From Mycolicibacterium smegmatis (GTDB lineage Bacteria; Actinomycetota; Actinomycetes; Mycobacteriales; Mycobacteriaceae): a stretch of 64,000 nucleotides of DNA. Each line of letters begins with the position of its first letter. Positions within the stretch are counted from its first letter, which is position 1. The position numbers and the translations under genes are program-made. A model generated the notes under the pieces. That model did no database searches, was not told the DNA's origin, and saw only the letters and a list, made by a program, of their open reading frames with translations. The stretch spans positions 1,652,729 through 1,716,728 of the forward strand of contig NZ_LN831039.1 of NCBI RefSeq assembly GCF_001457595.1. The letters run 5' to 3'. Positions 18,958 to 29,415 of this stretch are shown here, piece by piece.

Positions 18958-19836
18958 TCAGGCCAGTGGTTCGGCCGGTCCGGTGTGTGCGGTGCGCACC
19001 GCGCCGATGCTCGCCGCGGTCACCAGCGCCACCCCGAGATAGCCCAGCGTGCCGATCTGCTGGCCGAGCACCATCAGACCCGCGAGGGCGGCCACAACGG
19101 GGGACAGGCTGGTCAGCACGGCAAACACCGAGGGATGCAGATGCCGCAGCGACAGCAACTCCAACGAGTACGGCACCAGCGAACTCAGCACCGACACCGA
19201 CACGGCGAGGACGATCACATCGAAACGCAGGGCGCCGGCGAAGTCGACGAGAAGCAGTGCGAACGGCGTGAGGGCCAGGGCCCCGAGGCCGGTGGCCAGT
19301 GCGAGTCCGTCGATGCGCCGGAACTGTGCCGCGGTGCGCGACGACGCGAGGATGTAGCCGGCCCAACTCGCCCCGGCGACGGCGGCGAAACCGAACCCCG
19401 CGGCGTCGAGGCGGCCGTCGTCGTGCCGGGTCAAACCCAGCATGGCCACGCCGGCGAGGGCGAGCACCGCCCACAGCCAGGCGACACGCCGGGTGCTCGC
19501 CGCCACCGAAAGAATCAGCGGGCCAAGGACTTCGATGGTGACGGCGATGCCGAGCGGGATGCGCGCGATCGCGCAGTAGAAGCTGAAGTTCATCACGACC
19601 AGCGTGGTGGCCAGCGCCAGTGCCGACAGCCAGGCCCGCCCGGACACCCCGCGCAGGCGGGGTCGCACGGCCGCACACAGGATCACGCCGGCCACGGCGA
19701 ACCTGGTGAACACCGCGCCCAGTGTGCCGAGCGTCGCGAACAGTCCGACGGCGAACGCCGCGCCGACCTCCTGGCTGATCGACGCCACGACCACCAGGAC
19801 CGCGGCGCCGGCCGGGCGTCGCGGACCTTCCGTCAC
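18958..19836 (-). CDS. EamA/DMT-family transporter
   Basis: Ten hydrophobic segments and two EamA repeats. The ORF track extends to 20199, but GTG 19836 overlaps the TetR stop (GTGA). 292 aa. Confidence 0.75.
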   Translation of the reverse strand: MTEGPRRPAGAAVLVVVASISQEVGAAFAVGLFATLGTLGAVFTRFAVAGVILCAAVRPRLRGVSGRAWLSALALATTLVVMNFSFYCAIARIPLGIAVTIEVLGPLILSVAASTRRVAWLWAVLALAGVAMLGLTRHDDGRLDAAGFGFAAVAGASWAGYILASSRTAAQFRRIDGLALATGLGALALTPFALLLVDFAGALRFDVIVLAVSVSVLSSLVPYSLELLSLRHLHPSVFAVLTSLSPVVAALAGLMVLGQQIGTLGYLGVALVTAASIGAVRTAHTGPAEPLA

Positions 19837-20444
19837 GCCGTCACCGGAAGCGTTGCACCCGTGGCCATCTCGGCATAGCCGCGCATGAGTCGCAGGGCCG
19901 TCTCGCGGTCCAGGTCGGGATCGCGCGCGACGATGCGGTAGCCCAGGTAGTCCTCCATGGCCATGAGCGTCATCGCGACGTCGCGCGCGGGGGACCGGAG
20001 CTCGAACGCCCCGGCGCGCGCACCGCCGTCGAGGATGTCTGTGTACAGCCCCACCTGACGGTGGTAGATGTGCTGGACGTCGCGACGTTGGTCCAGCTCG
20101 AACCCGGCGGCCAGCACAGCGCGCCAGATCGCGCGCCATTCGGCGTCCTCCGGCCCGGTCGGCAGCCCGGCGCCGATGGTCAGGGCGAGCTGGGCGCACG
20201 GATCGTCGATGCGCTCCACGACCGCGAGACGGTCGTCGTAGAACCGCGTATCGGAACGCTGTGCCAGCTCGGAGAGCAGCTGGTCCATCTCCTTGAAGTA
20301 GTAGCGCACGGCGTTGGGGGTCAGGCCGAGCTCGGCGGCCACGTCGGCGATGCGCAGCGTGGCGAGGTCGTGTCGCTCGATCAGGGCGATGGCGGCGTCG
20401 AGGATCTCCTCGCGCCGCTGCGCCTGTCGATTGGGTCTGCCCAC
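19833..20444 (-). CDS. TetR-family transcriptional regulator
   Basis: HTH block ATLRIADVAAELGLTPNAVRYYFKEMDQL. GTG 20444 (alternative ATG at 20501). Divergent from the peptidase gene. Confidence 0.8.
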   Translation of the reverse strand: MGRPNRQAQRREEILDAAIALIERHDLATLRIADVAAELGLTPNAVRYYFKEMDQLLSELAQRSDTRFYDDRLAVVERIDDPCAQLALTIGAGLPTGPEDAEWRAIWRAVLAAGFELDQRRDVQHIYHRQVGLYTDILDGGARAGAFELRSPARDVAMTLMAMEDYLGYRIVARDPDLDRETALRLMRGYAEMATGATLPVTA

Positions 20445-20547
20445 CTGTCCATAGTTACCGATTTCGCTCCAGCTCTTGCGCGCGGCGCCGCCGGGCCGCA
20501 TTATTTTCCAAACGTGAAAAAAACTTATCGGCAGATCCGGAGAACTT

Positions 20548-21657
20548 GTGGCTGACAGTCCGCGCAAACGCGTCCGCGACCTCGGCGTCGTCGTCGGCGA
20601 ACACCCGACCGGCCCGTACAACGCGATCACCGATGTGGCGGGCGTCCGCGTCGGCCACACCACCATCCAGGACGGTGCCGCGGTCAACACGGGCGTCACG
20701 GTCGTCGTCCCGCACGACGACATCTGGGGTGAACCGGTGTTCGCAGGCGCGCACCGCCTCAACGGCAGCGGAGAGATGACCGGGCTGGAGTGGATCCGCG
20801 AATCCGGCGAGCTCACCACGGCCATCGGGCTGACCAACACCCACAGCGCCGGCGTCGTGCGCGACGCCCTCGTCGATGCGCAGGTCGCCGCGCGCGGCGA
20901 CGGCCTGTACTGGTCGCTCCCGGTGGTCGGGGAGACCTACGACGGTCTGCTCAACGACATCAACGGCCATCACGTGCGAGCCGAACACGTCCACGCCGCG
21001 CTCGCCGCCGCTTGTGACGGCCCGGTCGCCGAGGGCAACGTCGGCGGCGGAACCGGCATGATCTGCCACGGCTTCAAGGGCGGCATCGGCACCGCGTCGC
21101 GGGTCACCGACACCGCGGCGGGCCGTTACACCGTGGGTGTGCTGGTGCAGGCCAACCACGGACGTCGGGAACGGTTGCGGGTCAACGGTGTTCCGGTGGG
21201 CGAGGTGATCGGCCCCGAGGCGGTGCCCCTGCCGGAGATGCCGCGGGCGTACGAGCCCGGATCGGGATCGATCATCGTCATCGTCGCCACCGACGCGCCG
21301 CTGCTGCCGCACCAGTGTGCGCGGTTGGCGCAGCGGTCGGCGCTGGCCGTCGGGCGCCTCGGCGGCACGGGCGAGCAGTACAGCGGCGATCTGATGCTCG
21401 CGTTCTCCACCGGCAACCGCGGCATCCCGCCGTACGCGTGGGACGAGAACGTCGACACCGAGCGTCCGGAGATCGACGTGCGCATGGTCGCCCCTCAGCT
21501 CATGACCCGTCTGTTCGACCTCACGATCGAGGCCACCGAGGAGGCCATCCTCAACGTCCTCGTCACCGCCGAAACCCTCACCGGTCGCGACGGCCGCACC
21601 GCACATGCCCTCGACCACAAACTGTTCCGCACCGCACTTCTCCTGGAGGACCACTGA
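20548..21657 (+). CDS. DmpA/ArgJ-fold peptidase (S58/P1 family aminopeptidase)
   Basis: GTG start. Conserved blocks AITDVAGVRVGHTT and GLTNTHSAGV. 369 aa. Confidence 0.78.
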   Translation: MADSPRKRVRDLGVVVGEHPTGPYNAITDVAGVRVGHTTIQDGAAVNTGVTVVVPHDDIWGEPVFAGAHRLNGSGEMTGLEWIRESGELTTAIGLTNTHSAGVVRDALVDAQVAARGDGLYWSLPVVGETYDGLLNDINGHHVRAEHVHAALAAACDGPVAEGNVGGGTGMICHGFKGGIGTASRVTDTAAGRYTVGVLVQANHGRRERLRVNGVPVGEVIGPEAVPLPEMPRAYEPGSGSIIVIVATDAPLLPHQCARLAQRSALAVGRLGGTGEQYSGDLMLAFSTGNRGIPPYAWDENVDTERPEIDVRMVAPQLMTRLFDLTIEATEEAILNVLVTAETLTGRDGRTAHALDHKLFRTALLLEDH

Positions 21658-23081
21658 TGAGCGCCAACGCCCCCACCTCCGACGATCAAGGCGATCTACG
21701 CGACGAGCAGCGCCTGCACGGCAGGCTCGGCCCCATCGGGGTCGTGTTCATGGTGGTCGCGGCCGCCGCGCCGCTCACCGTCATCGGCGGCAACATGCCC
21801 CTGGGCATGGGTCTCGGCAACGGCGCCGGAGCGCCGGTCGGGTTCCTCATCGCCGCACTGGTGCTGCTGCTGTTCAGCATCGGTTTCGTCGCGATGACCC
21901 CGTACGTGCCGGAGGCCGGTGCGTTCTTCTCGTACGTGACGCTGGGCCTGGGCAGGCGTCTGGGCAGTGGCATCGCCGCGGTCGCGCTGATCGCCTACAC
22001 CGCGATCCAGGTGGGCATCTACGGCTACATCGGCTGGGCCATCGACGACACCGTGCGCTTCTACGGTGGACCGGAGATACCCTGGCCCGTCTACTCTTTC
22101 GCGACACTGGCGATAGTGGCGGTGCTCGGCTACCGCCATATCGAACTGTCTGCGAAGGTGCTCGGCGTCGCCCTCGCACTCGAGATCGGCATCGTGGTCC
22201 TGCTCGACCTGGTGATCGTCGCGAACCCGGGACCGGCCGGCCTGACGTTGTCGTCGTTCACACCCGGTGTGTTCACCGACGGCGTGCTGGGCATCGCGGT
22301 GTTGTTCGCGCTCACCGGGTTCATCGGTTTCGAGGCCACCGCGGTGTTCCGCGACGAGGCCCGCGACCCCGAACGCACCATCCCGCGCGCGACGTACGCG
22401 GCCGTGCTGATCATCGGCGGCTTCTACGCGTTGACCTGCTGGGCGTTCGTCGTCGCGATCGGACCGGATCAGGTCGCCGAGGTGGCCCAGCGCACCCTCG
22501 ACGGCGAGGCGAACATGCTGCTGGACACCACGGGTGACAATCTGGGGCGCATCGGCCGTGACGTGGTCAACGTGCTGTTGCTGACCAGCCTGTTCGCGTG
22601 CGTGCTGTCGTTCCACAACGTGATCGCGCGCTACCAGTTCGCGCTGGCCCGAAAAGGCCTGCTGCCCAAGCCTTTGGCCACCGTGCACCCGAGCCACGGG
22701 TCACCCTCGGTGTCGTCGCTGGTGCAGACCGCGACCGCGGCGGTGATCGTCGCGATCCTCGCGGCGCTGGGCATCGATCCCCTGGTGGGCGTGTTCGGGT
22801 CGATGGCGGGCGTGGCGACCGTCGGCATGGTCCTGTTGATGCTGACGACGTCGGTCGCCGTCCTGGTGTTCTTCGCGCGGCACGCGGATCTCGCGAGCGG
22901 GCGGGTGTGGCAGACGCGCATCGCGCCGGTGCTCGCGTGCCTGGGCCTGGTGGGTGCCCTGCTGCTGGTGCTCACCAACTTCACGCTGGTGACCGGGGGC
23001 AGCGCCACGGTCAGCGCGATCCTGGCCGCGGTGCCGTTCGTGGGCCTGCTCGCCGGCGCGGCCCGGCGACCGCGCGACTGA
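21657..23081 (+). CDS. APC-family amino-acid permease
   Basis: ATG overlaps the peptidase stop. 12 TM segments. The ORF track starts earlier, at 21315. Confidence 0.85.
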   Translation: MSANAPTSDDQGDLRDEQRLHGRLGPIGVVFMVVAAAAPLTVIGGNMPLGMGLGNGAGAPVGFLIAALVLLLFSIGFVAMTPYVPEAGAFFSYVTLGLGRRLGSGIAAVALIAYTAIQVGIYGYIGWAIDDTVRFYGGPEIPWPVYSFATLAIVAVLGYRHIELSAKVLGVALALEIGIVVLLDLVIVANPGPAGLTLSSFTPGVFTDGVLGIAVLFALTGFIGFEATAVFRDEARDPERTIPRATYAAVLIIGGFYALTCWAFVVAIGPDQVAEVAQRTLDGEANMLLDTTGDNLGRIGRDVVNVLLLTSLFACVLSFHNVIARYQFALARKGLLPKPLATVHPSHGSPSVSSLVQTATAAVIVAILAALGIDPLVGVFGSMAGVATVGMVLLMLTTSVAVLVFFARHADLASGRVWQTRIAPVLACLGLVGALLLVLTNFTLVTGGSATVSAILAAVPFVGLLAGAARRPRD

Positions 23082-23087
23082 CGCGGG

Positions 23088-23684
23088 TCACCGGGCCCGC
23101 AGTCCGGCCAGCGCGGACTCGACGGTACGGGCGATGCGCCCGCGTTGGTCGGCACCCGCGCGGGAGAGCACCTGCAGCCCGTTGAGCACGGTCGTCAGAA
23201 GCGTTGCCGTCGAACTGATTTCGCTGTCATCGCACAGGCGGGTGTCGAGGTCGCCCTCGGCGCGCGCCCGCAGCAGCGCATCGCGGAACACCGTCTCCAT
23301 GCGTTCGCGGTTGCGTTCGAGTCGCGCGCCGATCTCCGGGTCGGTGTCACCGTGCTCGACCGTGGCGTTGACCGAGAAGCACCCCGGCGGCAGGCCCTGA
23401 TCGGGTTGTCGCGCAGCCGACTCCAGCAGGGCCCGCACAGCGTCGAGCCCCGATGCCGCCGATGCGACGAGCTGTGCCGGGTCGCCGCCACCGGTGAGGT
23501 ACCGGTCCAGCGCGGCCAGGTAGAGGCCCCGCTTGGAACCGTATGTGCCGTAGAGGCTGGCGCGGGCGATACCCAGTTCGGTCACCAGATCCTCGGTCGA
23601 CGTGTGCGCGTAGCCGCTGCGCCAGAACACCCGCATCGCGGTGTCCAGTGCGACGTCCGGATCGAACTCCTTGTGACGGGCCAT
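23088..23684 (-). CDS. TetR-family transcriptional regulator
   Basis: HTH block TSTEDLVTELGIARASLYGTYGSKRGL. Confidence 0.85.
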   Translation of the reverse strand: MARHKEFDPDVALDTAMRVFWRSGYAHTSTEDLVTELGIARASLYGTYGSKRGLYLAALDRYLTGGGDPAQLVASAASGLDAVRALLESAARQPDQGLPPGCFSVNATVEHGDTDPEIGARLERNRERMETVFRDALLRARAEGDLDTRLCDDSEISSTATLLTTVLNGLQVLSRAGADQRGRIARTVESALAGLRAR

Positions 23685-23687
23685 GTG

Positions 23688-23717
23688 CCAATTCTAGATC
23701 GATCAGTCTAGAATTGG
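23688..23717. promoter_or_regulatory. 11-bp inverted repeat (probable TetR operator) in the divergent promoter region
   Basis: CCAATTCTAGA-TCGATCAG-TCTAGAATTGG between the TetR gene (23088-23684) and the nitroreductase gene (23737). Confidence 0.5.
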
Positions 23718-23736
23718 GGGCGAAGGGGGAAATGAC

Positions 23737-24431
23737 ATGGTCGAAGGGGAGAAGCGGCTCGGATTGACCGCCGATGAGGTGCTGACGACGACGCGCGCGG
23801 TGCGCAAGCGACTCGACTACTCACGGCCCGTGCCGCGCGAACTGGTCACCGAATGCGTCCGCATCGCCACGCAGGCGCCCAGTGGGCGCAACCGTCAGCG
23901 CTGGGACTTCGTCGTGGTCGACGATCCGCGCCTGCGGTCGCGGGTCGCCGAGATCTGGCGTCGCGGGCTGTTCGCCGGGGTGCCCGGAACGGGTGGCAGG
24001 CATGAGGTCAGCCGCATGACGTCGCCCGAGGAGTGGCGCCGCATCGCCGCGGGTCTCGATCACCTGGCCGCACACCTGCACGAGGCGCCGATGCTGTTGA
24101 TCCCGTGTGTGCGCGTCGCATCACGACGCGAATTGGCGACGGTGCGCGGACAGGCCGGCGCGTGGGGTTCGGTGCTGCCTGCGGTGTGGAGCTTCATGCT
24201 CGCCGCCCGCGAACGTGGGCTCGGAACAGCCTGGACCACATGTCATCTCAGTTACGAGCTGGAGATGGCGGAGCTTCTGGGGATCGACGCCGACCATGTG
24301 GTGCAGGCCGCGCTCACCCCCGTCGCCTTCACCCGCGGCACCGAATTCCGGCCCGGTCCCCGTGCCGATCACCGCGATTTCCTGCACTGGAACACCTGGG
24401 ACGGGCGCAGCCGTGCGGGCCGGAAAACCGG

Positions 24432-24435
<4 letters not shown>
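23737..24435 (+). CDS. nitroreductase-family protein
   Basis: Nitroreductase fold (RKRLDYSRPVPRELVTECVRIATQAPSGRNRQRWDFVVV). RBS GGGGGA. Confidence 0.78.
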
Positions 24436-26907
<2,472 letters not shown>

Positions 26908-26935
26908 GGGTGAAGTCCTCACTGTTGTCGTGTCG

Positions 26936-27790
26936 TCAGGCCAGGCCGAGCGGCCCGGCGAGTTCGGCCAGCGCCGGGACCAGCTTGTCCGGCGAGGTCA
27001 GCACCTGCACGGGTACGTGGTCGGCGCCCGCGGCGAGATGTTCGGAAAGACGTGCGGCGATCGCATCAACCGTGCCATAGGCCACGACCGCGTCGATGAA
27101 CCGGTCGGCGCCTGGTTTCGCGAGTTCGTCATCGGCGAAACCGAGCCGCTTGAAGTTGTTGAGATAGTTCGCGAGTCCGAGGTAGAGGTCGAGCGCCTTG
27201 CGGCCCACGGCGCGGGCCTGTTCCGCATCGGTGGTCAGCACCACCTTGTGTTCGGGCGCCAGAAACGCGTCGGGCCCGATGATCTCGCGCGCGCTTCTGG
27301 TGTGTTCGGGAGTCGTCAAGTAGGGATGTGCGCCGGCCGAGTGCTCGGCGGACAGCTGCAGCACCTTGGGGCCGAGGGCGGCGACCACCCGGCGGTGCTT
27401 GGGCACGCCGTAGGAATCGAGCTTGTCGAGGTAATCGGTGAGCGCATCCAGCGGCTTGCGGTACTCGACGTGCGCCTCGCGGTGCCCCACGCCGATCCCC
27501 AGCAGGAACCGCCCCGGATAGGCCGCCTCGATGCGGTGGAACGACTCGGCGACCGGACCCGGCGCGGCCGTCCAGATGTTGACGATGCCGGTGGCCACCT
27601 GCAGCGTCGTCGTGGCCTCCAGAATCGGCTCGACCCACTCCAGTTCGGCGGGCGGTGAGCCGCCCACCCACACGGCGCCGTAGCCGAGCGCCTCGATCTC
27701 CTTGGCCTGCGCAGGTGTCACCCCGCGACCGAACGAACCGTACCTGCCCAGATCTGGTTTCGGCCCCGCCGCCGAAGTGGTGTCAGTCAT
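26936..27790 (-). CDS. LLM class F420-dependent oxidoreductase (paralog of 26056-26907, about 65 % identical)
   Basis: Same architecture. ATG at about 27790 (MTDTTSAAGPKPDLGRYG). Confidence 0.82.
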   Translation of the reverse strand: MTDTTSAAGPKPDLGRYGSFGRGVTPAQAKEIEALGYGAVWVGGSPPAELEWVEPILEATTTLQVATGIVNIWTAAPGPVAESFHRIEAAYPGRFLLGIGVGHREAHVEYRKPLDALTDYLDKLDSYGVPKHRRVVAALGPKVLQLSAEHSAGAHPYLTTPEHTRSAREIIGPDAFLAPEHKVVLTTDAEQARAVGRKALDLYLGLANYLNNFKRLGFADDELAKPGADRFIDAVVAYGTVDAIAARLSEHLAAGADHVPVQVLTSPDKLVPALAELAGPLGLA

Positions 27791-27933
27791 GTCTGCCTCA
27801 ACCCCGCCGCCTTCGCGCGGTATTCCGGTCACCGGGACATGCCGAGATTGCACTCAGGGACAAAGTTCGCCTCTTTTCTGTCCCTCACGGCAATCTCGGT
27901 GCGCAGACATGGGGCCGGCCGCGACAGACGGCG

Positions 27934-29406
27934 TCAGTTCGAGGAGTCGCCGTCGGGCGGTGGCGCCTGCAGCGGCAGCAGCACCACGAAGCGGGTGTTG
28001 CCGGGCTCGGAGTACACCCGCAGATCCCCGTTGTGCTTCTCGACGACGATGCGCCACGCCAGGTCGAGGCCCAGCCCGGTGCCCTCGCCGAACGGTTTGG
28101 TGGTGAAGAACGGCGTGAAGATGCGGTTGATGATGTCCTCGGGGATACCCGGGCCGTCATCGCAGATCTCGACGCGGATCATCTCGTCGTTCTCGCGCGC
28201 GGTGCGGATGGTCAGGGTGCCGTGACCGTCCATGGCCTGGATGGCGTTGTCGATGATGTTGGTCCAGACCTGGTTCAGATCGCCTGGGTAGCACTGCAAT
28301 TCGGGCAGTGTCTTGTCCATGTCCTTGACCAGGGTGATGGGCTTGTCCTTGCCGATCTTGCCGCCGAACATCATCAGCGTGCTTCGCAGCAACTCGTGCA
28401 CGTCGGCGCTCTGGTAGGCGCCGCGGTCCATCTGCGAGTACTGCTTGGCCCCCGCGAGCAGCGCCGAGATGCGCCTGCTGGCCTCACCGATCTCGTTCAT
28501 GCGCAACTCGGTGTCGATCGTGTACTTGAGCCACCCGAGCGCGGACTGCAGCGTCTTCGCACCGCACGTCTCGTCGTGGACGTCCTCGATGGATGCCGAG
28601 ATCCGTTCCAGCCAGTCGATGTCGAGACCGGCCTCCACGAAGGTCGGCGCGTACTCCCACGCCATCGGGATGTTGTGGTCCTCGAGCCAGTCGCCGATCT
28701 GGTCCTCGCGGTCGGACGCCTCCAGCGCGGTGAGTTCGACGCTCTTGTTCTTGGCCACCTGCTCGGCGACCTCGTCCTGGATCGTCACGAGCACCCGCAG
28801 GGTCTCGGCGCTGAACTTGCCGTCGGCGAGCATCGCGAGCTTGTGGCGCATCTTGCCGACGCCCTCGCGCAGGTCCGCGACCGCGCGCGCGGTGGCGGCG
28901 GCGGGATTGTTGAGCTGATGTGTCAGGCCCGCGGTGATGGTGCCCAGCGCCAGGAGCTTCTCGCGCTGGCCGATGATCTGGCTCTGCCGCCTGCCGCCGA
29001 CCTTGTGCCCCTCCAGCAGATGCACGGCCATCGGGAACTGCGACTGCATGAACACCGCGAACGTGTCGGCGTCGAGCACGAAGATCCGCGACGGCTGCGT
29101 CAACCGGACCGAGGCCTCGTAGATGTGCTCCTCGCCGGGGATGTAGGCCGACCAGGCGCCGAAGTACACGCCGCGCTGCGAGGTGCGGTTGGTCTGGATG
29201 TCGACGCCGCCCGAGCGCTTCGACATCACCAGCTCGCCGTCGATCAACACGTAGAAGCAGGTCGCGGGCTCACCTTCGGTGCAGACGGGCCCGGGCGGGA
29301 ACTTCTCGATGCGGCCTGCCTCGCACAGCGTGTCGAGCTGCGCGTCGGTCAGATGCTCGAACAGGAAGAGGGTTCGCAGCTCGTCCCGTACACACAGCTC
29401 GCTCAT
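27934..29406 (-). CDS. sensor histidine kinase with an N-terminal cyclic-nucleotide-binding (CAP-ED) domain, cytoplasmic
   Basis: ATG with AAGGAG RBS. cNMP-binding beta-barrel. H-box LTHQLNNPAAA. HATPase_c N, G1 and G2 boxes. No TM segments. Confidence 0.85.
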   Translation of the reverse strand: MSELCVRDELRTLFLFEHLTDAQLDTLCEAGRIEKFPPGPVCTEGEPATCFYVLIDGELVMSKRSGGVDIQTNRTSQRGVYFGAWSAYIPGEEHIYEASVRLTQPSRIFVLDADTFAVFMQSQFPMAVHLLEGHKVGGRRQSQIIGQREKLLALGTITAGLTHQLNNPAAATARAVADLREGVGKMRHKLAMLADGKFSAETLRVLVTIQDEVAEQVAKNKSVELTALEASDREDQIGDWLEDHNIPMAWEYAPTFVEAGLDIDWLERISASIEDVHDETCGAKTLQSALGWLKYTIDTELRMNEIGEASRRISALLAGAKQYSQMDRGAYQSADVHELLRSTLMMFGGKIGKDKPITLVKDMDKTLPELQCYPGDLNQVWTNIIDNAIQAMDGHGTLTIRTARENDEMIRVEICDDGPGIPEDIINRIFTPFFTTKPFGEGTGLGLDLAWRIVVEKHNGDLRVYSEPGNTRFVVLLPLQAPPPDGDSSN

Positions 29407-29415
29407 TTGGGCTCC

